DNA of 64,000 bases from Octopus bimaculoides (GCF_001194135.2 NC_069002.1:34454573-34518572); one strand, 5' to 3'; positions 13,561 to 28,116 are shown, numbered from the stretch's first letter. Numbers and translations: made by a program. Notes: generated from the sequence alone by a model not told the origin.

Positions 13561-14679
13561 CATTCGAAGTCAACGAAATTACCTGGTGCGATTCGAAGAC
13601 TTGAACAGTGGACACTTTTTGACATAGAAAATAAAAGCAGTTGATAAACAAGCGGTCAGTAAAGTTAGTGCAGAACATGTATATAATTCATGGTTATAGG
13701 ACTCTATTAATCTGGCATTAAAGAACCACATAAGTAATAACTGATTTTCTGATTGCCTTACTGTCAGACCTTCAAACCAAATTATATTTAGAAGCACATT
13801 AAAATGAGTTGTGTGCTTCAGCTTTTGGAATCGGTAAAAACCGATTCGAAGAACACACAGCAACCAATTGCCGTTTCCAAGCATCCTGTATTCAAGTGTG
13901 ATGCAATTTTTGCTTCTCAATGCTTTTCACCGTACAATAGCTTGCGTAGCGGCTTGGTTTGAAGACGTGGGATTTTTCTGACATTATTCACTGGATAAAT
14001 CTTAATGCAATAATAAAATGGCTTGGTGCCAAGCTGTCACAGGAATATAAACCTATTGTCTATTGGTTTTGGTATTGGCATTTTGGTTAATGCCTTTTGA
14101 GGGTGTCATTTCGATTTCTCTTTCTTAATTCTGTTGCCTTTAGAATAAGTCTAGATGTGTGAAAGGTGTTGTACTGTGCATATTCGTTCTTATCTATAAA
14201 TATTTGCCTCGGGAATTCTGTATGATATTTAGCAAATAATGTAGAGATTTACATAAACATACACACAAAAACATGAGCGCATCAATACATATAATAAAGG
14301 TAATTCACCTCCTCAAAACCTGAAACCATCACGAATAAATACATATGCAAAGTATCCAAGTACACACACATGAACACACAAACGCACTCAACACATACAC
14401 ACATATAAATATAAATGCATGTATGTATATACACATACACATGCATATGTATTTATAAATTTGTATGTTTGTAAGTATACATATATATATTTGTGTATAA
14501 ACATATTTATTTATACATAATATATTGATACATGAACATATATATATATTGATTTGTACATACGTATATGTGTGATTACATGTGTTTTTGTGTGTATATT
14601 TGTCTATTTAGGAAATTGTGAGTGGTGTCTAAATGAAAACGATGGCAGTTAATACAGGTGGAAGAGTGCAGTGTATATT

Positions 14680-14890
14680 ATTGTTATTACTATTGTTGTT
14701 ATTATTATCATTATTATTATTATCATTATTATTATTATTATCATTAATATTATTACGATTGTTGTTGTTGTTATTATCGTAATTATCATTATCATCTCCA
14801 TGATTATTATTACAATTATTATCATCGTCAGTATTACTATCATCATATTCATCATTATCATCATCATTGTTCTTGTTATTTTTATTATGT
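14680..14890. repeat. (ATT/ATC/GTT)n trinucleotide low-complexity tract
   Basis: Directly visible; produces the poly-I and poly-N/D ORFs. Confidence 0.95.
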
Positions 14891-15534
14891 AGAGTTAACC
14901 ATGTGTGTATGCTTTGTACTTTATATGAATAGGAAAGCAGTTTGCTTAAAGCAGTCATCAGATGGACTTAAATTCGAAGAAATTCATGAATTATAGATAA
15001 TACTGCTTTGCAAAACTATAGGAATGATCGATTCATCCAGGGGTTTATGCTTCCAAATTTATCATCATCGTCTCCTATAGCTACTCATCTTTTCCCCCCT
15101 ACTGCACGTTAGGTGCAGTCATATAATTAACGCCTTACTCCTCGAATTCATCCTTATGCACAGACTTAATTATATTTAGATATGAACAGTATCATACTTT
15201 GTAATTTTATCGCTGCATCTCTATTCCAGTATATTTATCATAGAGCTCTCTGTCGTCCGTTATATTAAGAAGCGTCTTTTTACTCCTGTGTTCCACTTCT
15301 CCCGGCACAAAGTTTAGTATCATCAATTCTAGCCCGGGAGTGTATGTTTGAGGCATTAAGACTAAAAGTAATGTAGGCTGAGAGAGAACTCTCAATATTT
15401 CCCTCTGTCACCCCAGTTTTAAACGTTGTAAAAGAGGACAGGCCACTTATTTTCATTTTACGATTGTTTTATTACGTGAATAAATAATACACCTAACACA
15501 AATGGGTCTAGATTTTAGCACAAGGCTAGATGTG

Positions 15535-15660
15535 CTCACCAGAAAGAAGGAAAGGTGAAGTCAACACAACGTAATTTGAACTCAGGACGTAAAGAGTCCA
15601 ATGAAATGCTGCTAAACAGTTCATCATAGGTGCTGAAGAGTCTGCCAGCATACCAGCTTA
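15535..15660 (-). mobile_element. SINE family A, degenerate 5' half
   Basis: AAGGAAAGGTGAAGTCAAC..AATTTGAACTCAGGACGTAAA...TCTGCCAGC. Confidence 0.6.
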
Positions 15661-15989
15661 ACTCATTTCATAACAATTCAAGTCAATTAAGACAATAATG
15701 TATGGAGGCTCGGAGTGCAAGAAATAGCAGTCACACTCATCGATATTTTATGATAATCATCCACTACATCAGAGTCGTTGACGTGACCATCTCCATGGTC
15801 ACCAAGACGCCTATTATATGGGAGAATCGGGCTAAATTTTACGTTTTTTTTTAATGTTTTCTTCTTTTCAGAATCAGCTCTATCGGTGAATCATCGGCGG
15901 CGTTGGAGAGCATGAAGATGACAGTTACACTTGAAAATAATTTAGCTAACATGGAAGAGTGAAAGCTATCTGAATATTGGAAAACAGTT

Positions 15990-16620
15990 ACTCGTATCAT
16001 GATGTTATAGGTAACACTTTGAACACTGTAAAGTCTATTAGATGTCATATGGAAAGCTGCAAAGGAGACTACGAAGTTATGGCGAGCAGGAGGGAACACA
16101 GCAGATGTTCTTACTAGCTCCACAAGCCGAGGACCATCCCAAAATCATTGAGAATGGCCCGAGACTCAATTCAGACGGCTATGTCAAACTGTTAGAGGCC
16201 TCGGTCAAACCCAGTCGCATGGAGGTTGTAACTAGAAAGATAAATGTGAGACAGGAGGATTTTTCCTCCCTGCCATACTACCAAAACAATACAGAAGCGC
16301 TTGTTGGAGATTTTCTGCGACTTCATCGGTGACAATTTTTGAACTCTCAACTCCCCCGCATTTTTATGCGTTGGATTACTGTGTTAGGAGCGCATTTGAG
16401 AAAGCCAACATCTCCTTTGCCTGTAACATCAATGCCAAATAGTGGTCAAGATCTACAGGATTTTTGAAGATCCTCCCACAGACACACTGAGGAATGCATA
16501 AACCGTGGTGAAATTTCAGGGCAGCTTCGTTGAGCAAATTGTAATCTCCCAACCATAATCTATTTGGTAATGTTGGCTTTCTGAAAAATTTCATTTTTGA
16601 ACGTGATACTGTGTTTTAAT
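15990..16620 (+). mobile_element. Internally deleted Tc1/mariner (DD37D/maT-like) transposase relic
   Basis: Reads NTVKSIRCHMESCKGDYEVMASR, then a deletion, then IIENGPRLNSDGYVKLLE..VKP..VRQED, then NSPAF/ALDYCVRSAFEK. These correspond to the decayed QQD and NSPDxNPLDY motifs. Confidence 0.75.
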
Positions 16621-17062
16621 TTCCTTTTTCTGCAGACTCTCACATTTCATCTAAGCATCATGCATTTACATGGTAACATAACCTCACCGAATTACGGCGT
16701 CTTTTGTCCACGCAGTACACGCAATATTATGTGGAGGGACATCCATTTCTAGTCTTTAGTTCTTCGTTCTTTTTAGCCTGCAACATCTTATCAAGAGACT
16801 TGAAAACTGAAGTAGACGCAAAACATTAATATGTTGGGCGGAAACTGAATCTAGGAAGAAGCAATGGCAGATGGGCATAGAATCACATATACGCGTGTTC
16901 ACGCGCAGTCAAGCACACACATGTACCCGTGTCCATGTAAGTACACATATCTGCTTGCATATTCAGATACTCACACACACATACGCGTATGCGTACACAC
17001 GCACATTCCGACACATATATAGATATACATATTGATACCTAGAGTTTATATATGTGTGTGTG

Positions 17063-17093
<31 letters not shown>

Positions 17094-17103
17094 NNNNNNN
17101 NNN

Positions 17104-17144
<41 letters not shown>

Positions 17145-18191
17145 AAACATATACATATAGTATACACGTTAACACATAGAAATATATTCAGATGCAGACA
17201 CACATTCACAGTCACACATTTACACATTCACACACATGCATATATGTGTATATAGATTATCAAAAAAAAAACTTCCACACAAGAACGAATCGTATGTGAA
17301 ATTACTGTTTACTTATCAGTTCAAATATGTTTCGTTGATAAATAAACATTGGCTGAAAACGTGTTTATACAACACAATAATAGCAAGTTTCTGTTAAAAC
17401 ATCTCTTCTCTCAACATTTTTCTTTTTCTATGAAAATAGAGAAAATAAAGAATTTGAAATTTAAGCACAGCAAATAAAATAATCCTTGTTGAGTAAAATA
17501 AGGAAAGATTTCTTTGTTACCTGACAAATTTAAGAAACATCATGATAATAAAAGTGGAAGGAGAGACAAAACAGAAATCAGAATGAGAAAGAGAAAAATC
17601 GCTTTTCCATTGAACTTCATAAATATATTAATAAAATATAAGTAAATTTCGGATTCTGTGAAATTAAATTAATGCATGGATTACGGAATATAACATCGAT
17701 GGATTCTTGTTCAATAAATCATATAATATATCGTGTTGTGGTTGTGTGAAATGCTTGAAGAATTTTATTTGCAACGTTTTCCTTAACTCTGTAACAAAGA
17801 ATCTAAAAATAATATAATATAGTTAAATAAACGCCCCGGAGGAAACTAATAGATATCATTGTCAGAAGAATGCAATGCATGTTAATATAAAACATAGACT
17901 TCAGTGACACGATAAGATATTGAACATACAATATCGTTACAAAAAAAAAAAAGATGTTTGAAATATACCTGATAGGCTGTTTATTGTTATATATCATAAA
18001 TAAATTTACTGCAGAGTCGGATATAATGGATGGCGTTAATTATTCCAGTACTTCACGATCTGATTTCAATATCAGCTGACCTTGCATTTATATCTTATTT
18101 TTACAGGACCAATAAAAATATACTAAAGCAGTGGATCGGAGTGGGGTTGGAACTTAGAACGAGATGTTTAAATAATTTCGGTAAAGTTTCT

Positions 18192-18427
18192 TATTTCTTT
18201 ATTGCCCACAAGGGGCTAAACATAGAGGGGGGAAAACAAGGACAGACAAACTGATTAAGTCGATTAAATCGACCGCAGTGCGTAACAGGTATTTATTTAG
18301 TCGACCCCGAAAGGATGCAAGGCAAAGTTAACCTCAGCGGATTTTGAACTCAGAACGTAACTGCAGACAAAATACCGCTAAGCATTTCACCCGGCGTGCT
18401 AACGTGTCTGCCAGCTCGCCGCCCTCG
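18192..18427 (-). mobile_element. SINE family A, full length, perfect 14-bp TSD
   Basis: tRNA-like head on the minus strand (GGCGGCGAGCTGGCAGAC.., B-box GTTCAAAATCC) and a GTCGAC-rich core. TSD TCGGTAAAGTTTCT at 18178-18191 and 18428-18441. Confidence 0.95.
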
Positions 18428-18674
18428 TCGGTAAAGTTTCTGGCAACTCAAATCTTGAGGCTAATACCCCTACCAGACAACTATCTACAATATTTGTACG
18501 GAGCTGAATCTGAGAATTCTGGGATAACACCCGGGTTACTAACGTGTTGAGAAGAGGAAACTGCATACAACGGTAACGGCTACTCTACAATAAAACTAAA
18601 AACAACCTTTCTCTCAACATCATTTCGATAAAAGAATTTTAAATGCAGATCCACAATATGACAAGGACACTAAA

Positions 18675-18832
18675 CAAACCCCAGAAAGAGTGAAAGTTGT
18701 GGTGAAAGAGTTTTGTTGAGCTTTAAGAGTTTTCGCTCAACAAACATTCACAGTGCCCAGTCTGGAAATCGAAACCGCGATCCTATAACCGTGAGTCCGC
18801 TGCCCTAATCACTGGGCCATTGCGCCTCCACA
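18675..18832 (-). mobile_element. SINE family C, 5' part
   Basis: Reverse complement GGAGGCGCAATGGCCCAGTGATTAGGGCAGCGGACTC..GGTTTCGATTTCC has A and B boxes and is homologous to 45470-45630. Confidence 0.85.
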
Positions 18833-19228
18833 GAGCTCCAGTACTGATATGAAACCGCCTTAGGCTTTTTATCAGTAGAAGGGTTTGCGAGAATTACCGG
18901 CTCACTAGAAATCAAACACGTTCATCACAAAATAAAGTTCTGATTAAAGACTAAATGAGGAATGCCTGATAAAATATCAAAGGAAACGGAATGGATAGAG
19001 CAGGAATTCATTTTTATAGCATGATTATGGTTGAATAATCAAGAATTATATCGGTTTAAGCAAAAACAGCAAGAAAAATAGGAAATCCAGGAACATAAAA
19101 TGGACTCTCTGCATGACCACATGATATGCTAGAAGTAGCAGCGAAAGCTGCCGCATATCGCCCGCGACGGTTTTACAAACTAAAGTAAATATTTGAAATC
19201 TACATCTAGATATTATTGGCTGTGTAGC

Positions 19229-19429
19229 GGCGCAGGAGTGGCTGTGTGACAAGAAGCTTGTTTCGCAACCACGTAGTGCCAGCGGCGACACCACTCGTGG
19301 CACCTTCGGCAAGTGTCCTCTACTACATTGTCGGGCCGACCAAAGCCTTCTAAATGCATTTGGTAAGCGGAAACAGAAAGAATTTCGTCGTATATATATG
19401 TGTGTGCATGTGAGTGTGTATGCATGTAC

Positions 19430-19473
<44 letters not shown>

Positions 19474-19580
19474 GGGTGTATCTATGCGTTAGCATCTTTG
19501 CGTCTGCGTTTGTCTCCCACCACTGCTCGACAACCGTTGTTAGTGTGTTTACGTTCCTGCCACTTAGTCCTGCTTGCGAT
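19229..19580 (+). mobile_element. SINE family B with internal microsatellite
   Basis: GGCGCAGGAGTGGCTGTGTGACAAGAAGCTTG...GGCAAGTGTCCTCTACTAC..GGGCCGACCAAAGCC...CGTCGTA, then (TA)/(TG)n, then GTTTGTC..CGACAACCG..GTGTGTTTACGT. Confidence 0.85.
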
Positions 19581-20964
19581 TCGTTTGACTAACACCCTTC
19601 AAGACGGTGCCTCAGTATGGTTACGCTCAAATGATTGAAACAAGAAGCATTTAAAAATTAAAAAAAACAAGAAATATAGAAATATACGCGATGGTTATCG
19701 ATGGGACGTTCTCTTTTCAAATATAAATAGTGAGGCCTGATAAACATAGCATACAATTTTTTTTAATAGGTCTATTACAATGAAGCGTTCCCAGAAAAAA
19801 TAATTAGTGGAATTGGTTAAGATATATTTCCGAAAATATAAGCTTTGTTTTGTTGTTTAAAACTTTTAGGATATCTAGTTCTCTATTACCATGTTTCTTG
19901 CCTTTCGTTTCAGGAACCATAGAAACAGAAAAAATATTTTTCAGCTCAGACATGAATCCACATGATGTGATGCATATAGAGTTTCACTGAAGCGGAAAAA
20001 AGCAATTCCAGTCGTGTGAAGAGAATACGAAAATAGAAAAAAAGTGAATTATGAATAAAAACAAAACTCTTAAAAGAACACAATTTCCAATTCCTTAAAC
20101 ATAACTGAAACGACGTTATCTTCATTGAGAAATATTTACTGACAATTACTACATATATATCTAAGACATACACTAACACGTTACCCCATTTTTGTTTTTC
20201 ATTTTCATTAAAAATTTATTTTAAATCTTCAAAAATATTCAAATTTCTAGACCGCAAATTATCGAGTCTAAGAATTAGGAAGGAAACATTTCACCTGTTT
20301 TTTTATGCTTCAACTGCATAAGGTGTGCAACTGCGAGTGAAATATTTTAGTTAACGTACTGAGCTACTGATGCCCTGTGTTGTCTTCATATTTTTTTGCT
20401 GCTGTAATTCCAAGATATACTTTCATGAAACAAGATGTGCTGCATACTATTCTTATGTCTGCCTGTCTGTATAAATATATATATATATATATATATACAT
20501 GTATATGTATATATACATATATATAATTACACAAATGTGTGTGCTTGTGTGTGGAAATATGTCTGTGTGTGCCTGAGTGTGTTTGTGTGTGTATAGAAAC
20601 AGATAGAGTGACAGACAAACAGAGATAGATAGATAGATACTTAGATATAGATAGATAAATTCATTCATATCACACTTCTCCCCGTGGATGCTTTTCGGCA
20701 TTTACTCACCATGATATGCAATGCGTTGAATGAACAGAGATATTTGTACTGACTCGTACTGATTGAAATAACCGGCAAATCCCTTAATTTTGAGTCTTTT
20801 TTGTAACGTAGCCCTTTGGATATCTAACAGACAGAGAACATTCGAGATGTCGTTCAACCTGTTAGAAATACCAGTTGAATGTCATTAAAAGAAACTAAAA
20901 CTAAGTCGGAAGGGGTCTATTAATGTAAATAGTCTTAGATAGAAAATAGGCAAGGAGAGAAGAG

Positions 20965-21150
20965 CCAGTTGGTCACAGTCAGCATACATATCATTTTCTA
21001 CTCTAGGCAGAAGGCTCGAAATTTTGGGGGAGGAGGGCCAGTTGATTGGGTCGACCCGAGAACGTAACTGGTACTTAATTTATCGACCTCGAAACGATGA
21101 AAAGGAAAGTCTACCTCGGTGGAATTTGAACTCAGAACGTAAAATCAAAC
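20965..21150 (-). mobile_element. SINE family A
   Basis: GTAACTGGTACTTAATTTATCGACCTCGAAACGATGAAAAGGAAAGTCTACCTCGGTGGAATTTGAACTCAGAACGTAAA. Confidence 0.85.
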
Positions 21151-22672
21151 GAAAGGTCAACATACATATTGTCGCAGATCTGTTGGATCAGAAGACACAT
21201 AATGCTACAAAATAATGTTAATAAATTTGAATAAACGGAAAGGAACGAAAGTAGATAAAATGTTTAAAACAGTTTGGTCATTCTCAGCCTCACTCTGAAT
21301 CTGAATTACAATGAATTTAAGGCTTTAAATACAATATAGTCAACCACTTACACAATATATCACATGTGACTGTACACGCAATTTTAAAGTATAATCTATG
21401 ACATGCACATTGCTGCAATAAGCTTGATAGGGATTTCATTAACAGTATAAATGTACGATGACTACTTAAATATATTCATTATATTAAAATTAATTTCTGT
21501 GTTCAGTTTTCCTTAAGACAAGCTTCGTCCAAATCAATCGAAATAGTTATTAAAGTTTGTATTTTTGTATTCTAGCCTGTTTCGGGAATTAAAATATGTC
21601 AGAGAGTGAAACGTTTACCGCTAAAAACATAAAGTCAGAGAATGAAGTGTTTGCAATTATTACACTATTGAAATTGGGCAGAGTTCAACATCTTGCAGAA
21701 GTTTATTTGTCTATTATCATATATTTGTGTATAAGTTTCAATGATTGAATTATGTCTAAGCTAAAGCCAAACAAATTCTAGCTTAATTACTAAAAAACCC
21801 TATAATGATGTATGTAGACGACGACTAATTTTCTAAGCCTTGTATAAATGAATGACTACGTACACCTTGACAGTATTTGAACTCAGAAAGTAGAGACATG
21901 AGAAAAATACGGAACACAATTTTGAACTACGCTCCACTAAAACTACCGACTTTTCAAATAAAGAACTCAAATTTATATACATATGAATATTTGTGCAATT
22001 TGGAATCTCAGAAAGCCAATAGGTCGTCATGGGAAAATAGGTCAGGCAAGCGATAAAGTACATATTTAACTTGTGTGCAGTATTATAGACTTTTTCATTA
22101 CAACACATTTCAAGTCCGAGAGTGTGTATAAGTGGTTGTCAGAGGAAAGCATATTAAATGCTATAGATCATACATTTAATTGCTCCGTTCATCTATAGAA
22201 ACATCAGCTACACTCAAAAATTTATTGAATATTTCGTTCTCATATTTAATTTTAAGTTATGAGATGTAATGGTGAGGGTGGTTTGGAGATGGAAGCTGTG
22301 TTTTCGAATATATGATGATGTCTGCTACTGATATTAAAACAAGTAAAATTGTACCTTCTAAGCTTTCATGTGATTGCTTTATTCATTCATTTTGCATAAT
22401 AGTTTTGGCTATCTGGGAATTTGGTACAACCACAAATTATGTTTTCCTTTCGCCTTGCTTCGTCTCTTACGCTTTACTTAGCGCCTTCTAACTGTCACGT
22501 TATATACATATGTGCATATTTCATATACATACTTATATGCTTATATACATATACTTATGTATATGTGTGTGTGCCTATGTGCGCGCACGTGTGTTTATAA
22601 ACTATAAATTGCATGCGCTAAAGTTTCACCAAAAGTTTTGCTTGTTCATTATTTATGTCTAATATATATACA

Positions 22673-22713
<41 letters not shown>

Positions 22714-22780
22714 GCATGTATAATTGAATATATTTACATAGAGATATGTGTGTGTGAATAGGTTTTTAAATATATATGTA

Positions 22781-22816
<36 letters not shown>

Positions 22817-23239
22817 ATATATAAAAATGTCTACACCTACGTACACACAGGCACACATAACACACATACATATATATATGATATTCAATAGATATTCATA
22901 TATGTATATACACACACATATGCACACACACACACACACATATATATTGATATATGTTTTAATTTTCATCGATATGTTAGCAACAAAAGTGGCTCAAATT
23001 AAGAATGATTTGTTTAAAGTAGATATAAAATCGATGGCCTATCAACATGGATTCGATTATTCAAAAAAAAAAAAACCTTTGAGTAATCCAAATCTGAAGA
23101 ATAACATGATGTTTATGAAGTAATAACGCATATACACCAATGTTTTGTTTCATTATCCGCCTTCATTAGCCCACGGCACTGGATGCTATATTACAATAGC
23201 CTTTACTGCACATCAGATAAACCAATTATGATTGAGAAA

Positions 23240-23577
23240 TTTCTGATATGAAAAGAATTCCCGAATTAGTTGGTGGAGATGCAGGCTATGATTGACAACG
23301 ATCCTTCCAAGTCAGTCATGTCCATCTCCAGGGCAGGGGAGTGTCTGAGTTTCTCATCAGGGAGGTAGTGCATGAAGACATTCAGTATTCCTCATGCAAG
23401 ATGAGAAAGGGCCAAATTTTATTCCAAGCCATCAAAGACAAGACGAAAGACCGCGTTACAAAGCTTTTGAACAAACTCAAGCATCCCTTCCTATCGAGCA
23501 AGCTTCGGTTTTTCTCAGACGAGAAAAACTACTTGCAGGATCAGTTGGTGAACACACAGAAGAACGGTTGGCTTGCC

Positions 23578-23582
<5 letters not shown>
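23240..23582 (+). mobile_element. Tc1/mariner (DD37D/maT-like) transposase, N-terminal fragment
   Basis: SEFLIREVVHEDIQYSSCKMRKGQIL..KLLNKLKHP..RFFSDEKNY.QDQLVNTQKNGWLA contains the first catalytic Asp motif FSDEK. It ends abruptly in a (TA)n tract. Confidence 0.85.
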
Positions 23583-23635
<53 letters not shown>

Positions 23636-24131
23636 ATGTGTATGCACATGCATAGATATGTAGATACATATGTTAATAGAATAAGTTTAGCGTGTGCCTG
23701 TCGGTAGGGCTTGTGATTTTCTAGGCCCCTTATGCATATATTTGTCCACGTGTTTCCAAATATAGTGATATTCATTTCAATGCACAAATCTGTCTCTCCA
23801 GAACAAGAAAAAAGAATTGAAATAAAACATATAACTCACATCTTAAATGAAGCGACTTTATTTAGATATACTAAGAAAGCAGATTTATCAGAATGTCTTT
23901 GGAAAAACCTTTCTCTCTTCTTATTTAAAGTGACGTTTATATTTAATCTTTTGAAGAAGTGAGAACTTGCTACAAAATATCTAATTCCTAATAGAATAAA
24001 AGTTTTCCTTCAGAATATTTTACTGTCTAACACAAGCAAGTATTACTTGAGGTTTTCTTCAATGTAATATTTCTTGTTTTTTTTTGTTTTTCTAACTCTT
24101 CTTAAGTTTATTCTACTCTGTTTTTCAGCTA

Positions 24132-24171
<40 letters not shown>

Positions 24172-24702
24172 TATATCTCTTGCCCATAAGTTTTTTTCAT
24201 ATAAAATATAGTGAAAAACCTTTATTTTTTTATCACATCCACAAAGACAGCAACAACAACCAGACAATAAAAATAATAATAATATTCATCAACATCCTCA
24301 TCCTCCAAATCATCATCGTCGCCGTCATCGTGCTCCTCATCACCATGAGGATCATGAGACATGTAGTATAACGTTTAAATATAATATAATATGTCGGTGA
24401 AATGATAAAACTCGTATTTAAAAAACGAAATGTGATATCAAATTTAGGCAGAAGCATGTTGTATGAGAATTTAGCTCTGGAGATACATTGAGATTATGTT
24501 AAAGAAACCGTTGTAGTTGGAGACGCAGTTATACAGATTACACAAATTCGCATGCACTCAGAAGCACTCAGTCCTACACTAAGACACACTCACATGCAAA
24601 TACGAACAAACACGCACACGTAAGTATAAATATATGTGTGTGGATATGTGTATACCCTTATGTTTATGTATATCTGTATACATATATATGTGTGTGTGCG
24701 TG

Positions 24703-24741
<39 letters not shown>

Positions 24742-25154
24742 NNNNNNNNNNNNNNNNNNNNNNNNNNNNNNNNNNNNNNNNNNNNNNNNNNNNNNNNNNN
24801 NNNNNNNNNNNNNNNNNNNNNNNNNNNNNNNNNNNNNNNNNNNNNNNNNNNNNNNNNNNNNNNNNNNNNNNNNNNNNNNNNNNNNNNNNNNNNNNNNNNN
24901 NNNNNNNNNNNNNNNNNNNNNNNNNNNNNNNNNNNNNNNNNNNNNNNNNNNNNNNNNNNNNNNNNNNNNNNNNNNNNNNNNNNNNNNNNNNNNNNNNNNN
25001 NNNNNNNNNNNNNNNNNNNNNNNNNNNNNNNNNNNNNNNNNNNNNNNNNNNNNNNNNNNNNNNNNNNNNNNNNNNNNNNNNNNNNNNNNNNNNNNNNNNN
25101 NNNNNNNNNNNNNNNNNNNNNNNNNNNNNNNNNNNNNNNNNNNTTTGTACGTGT

Positions 25155-25187
<33 letters not shown>

Positions 25188-27779
25188 CGAGCCGAAGTAG
25201 AAATCTCATTGTGTAGAAATATGATTGATAAAATGTCAAAATTTCATGTTACAAAATATCGTTTTGTTTCATACATTTCTTAGAAGTAGCATATGGCTAA
25301 AATCGAAGGTAATATCTGTAAAATTATCCTACACTAGGTGAAATTCAAGTCCAAAATCTTTCTCGTAATCGCTTTGTTTTTCCACGAATAAGTACTGAAT
25401 CCCAATTGCCCTATATGGAAGGGAGGGATAATTTCAACAACACAACAGCAGATGTGAAGACCTGAGTTATAAGTACCACGCAGGTGTATACACACCCACC
25501 AAACACAAAACAAAAGAAAATACAAACAAAAAAACTACAAATTCAGTCGCTCTTAAAATTAGGTGAATGTAGTATTGAAATTAGCGAGACAGAAATTTTA
25601 TGGTGAGGCTTTGTGCACTGAAACGATGCGAACTGAAAGTGTAGTGGCAATAATATGATTGCAAACGTAAAATGATCTTAACTATAGTTCATTTAGTGGA
25701 TACTGAAAACGAAATGTGCATAACACCTGGCAACAATATTTTCTTCACAAGATATTTCCGAGACGAAGTCTATTTCAAGGCAATGTATGTTAATCAAATT
25801 TCAGCCCAAACTAAATAAATTCTTAGATCTTTATTTTTGAGAAACATCTGTTCTCCATTTCTGCAAGTAATATCAATAAAAAGGTCAGCCATGTCAGAGT
25901 CGAGAAAGATGTGGGGATAATTCAATGGATTCACAAAACATATAATGAACACCAATATTCTTTTACGCAGCCTTCGTTTTTCTTCAGCATAACTGAATTC
26001 AGAATATAAACTTCTACTTCTTCTAGTATTTTCTATATTCTATGTTGCATATTACTTTAAGCAGTAAGTTTGTTACGCACGTACCTGGTATGAATAATGG
26101 TAAATAAAAATAGAATCGCACTAATTCTCCAAAATGTAAATAAATTCTCCTCATAAGATTAGTGAAGCAGCAAAATCTGCATAGCTATTTCTATAACTTG
26201 GTGTATGTGTTTATATGTGTATGTATGTATAAAATATACGACACGTATATGCACACAGAAACAAGCACAGGCACACAGAAGGGTCGTAGCAAGTGTAATG
26301 CCAAGTCGATGATACATATTAACTACAGTGCATTCAGAAGATACTGAGTGTATAACAAGTTTTCCTCTGTTGAAATGGAATTCACAGCTTCATTATCATG
26401 AAGGACATATCAGCGTTATGTTGCACCTGGCTATCGAACCCTCTTTAGAAAACTCCAGGTGCACATCGTTTTACTAACCTTCACCTGGAATAGCGTCATC
26501 AAATATTCGTTACCAAAGACTGTACTTCGTTGGCCATTTGGAAATCGGATCACGCCCAACCTGGGCTTGCACTAGATGGCGGAACACTGACCACACAAAT
26601 TAGCTAATATCTCGATAAGTTTCAAAGAATACGTGCTACAACTACATTCTCTGAACGTATGCAGATCTCTGACAGATTTTTTATCGTTGAGGCCTGCATT
26701 ACTTCTCCTCTAGCATATTTAATGTACTGCTCCCATTACACGGTACAACCACATATCAGAAAATCAAGGATAGTGACACCATAGTCCTCTGAAAAATCAG
26801 AGTTGTTTCTACTTGATGAATGGCTGTTCATCCTCGTAGTAGGTGGGTGAATTGTTGTGATGCTATTCTACAAACTTAATTTTCTTTCTGAATCATACAG
26901 TTACGTTCACGTTTCATTTGCTGCCATCAAATCGGAAACAAAGTAGCTAAATATCTTTAAAACTTTTCAGAAAATTCTGGTAAAGAGATTTAAATTTTTC
27001 CCCATCAAATCAGATATAAACTGCCGATGTTCCTATGTTGCCCAATGTTTCCAAAGTCATAAGCTACCGTCTTTTCATTTGTTTTGTTCCCACGATATGT
27101 TCTTGCTAATCAATTATTCATCTCTTAATTGTTCCTTGTCAGAGGTTGCATTTCATAATCTTCGGCGGTGAGGTTTGTTTGACATTTGTAAACTTCATGC
27201 ATCAGTGTAAGTTGGTTTTATAAAAAAGGAAATATCTCAGTCAAAATTTTGTGCACCCTTGTCCGTGTCGGATAACGTGCATCCCTTTTTCCGTCAAGAA
27301 CTGAATGAAGGCACTTGGATGATGCTTCCGAAACATTACTTGCTCCAAATGAAGAACACAGAGAACACATTCTATACAGTTAAGCAAAATTTGAATTGCT
27401 TTTCTTTCAAATCTCATATACTTACATATAGTCTTAAAATACTCACGCACAGGCACACACACAAACACACACACGCATACACACACATATACACATATGC
27501 ACACTCACACACACCAAAATGCACACACGCACATATCGTTTTAAAGTTTTGCCCTATAGAATTTGGTGAACGTCGTTCCGAGATGCGCGAGTTATTTCCC
27601 TGGAAGATAAATTTGATTGGAAATACGTTAAAGTGGAGGTCATGTATGTATATGTACTGTTCAAGGAAAATATTAACAAAAACTGTAGCACCAGTTTCGT
27701 ATTAACACCAGAAGCAACATCAACCACAATGACACAACTTAAGAGCGTCACTGAAAACACTAGCATTAACACAACACGC

Positions 27780-28110
27780 AATTTCCAACATCCATCAAGG
27801 AAGACACCATCGTCACCAGCAGATCGAAGACGACGACCACTACTACCAACGACAACAACGCCATCAGAGACGCAAAGACAATCACCTCAATGTAACACAT
27901 TTGCTGACAACACCGTCACAGCCACCTCTTCCATTACAGCTACGAAGAAACACTTCAAGCAAAGAATTCAATGAAGATCGCAGCCAGAAGAACATATACT
28001 CAAACAGAAAGACATTTCACCAACCACCGTCAAGGACACACCATTACCACCACCACCGTCACCCTCCCACAACCACCACCCCAAAATCCCCCTTCAACGA
28101 CCACCCCACA
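27780..28110. repeat. (ACC/AAC/ACG)-rich low-complexity tract
   Basis: Directly visible; gives the T/P/H-rich ORFs. Confidence 0.8.
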
Positions 28111-28116
28111 AAAAAA

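Noticed and set aside
14629-14958. Asn/Asp-rich and Ile-rich ORFs
   Set aside because: Trinucleotide microsatellite translations.
18107-18180. Exon candidate TTTTTACAG|...TTCG|GTAAAG
   Set aside because: No recognisable peptide, weak donor, and the donor sits in a SINE target-site duplication.
26415-26470. Inverted repeat TGCACCTGG...CCAGGTGCA as a pre-miRNA
   Set aside because: Stem only about 12 bp with an unpaired interior; no known mature sequence.
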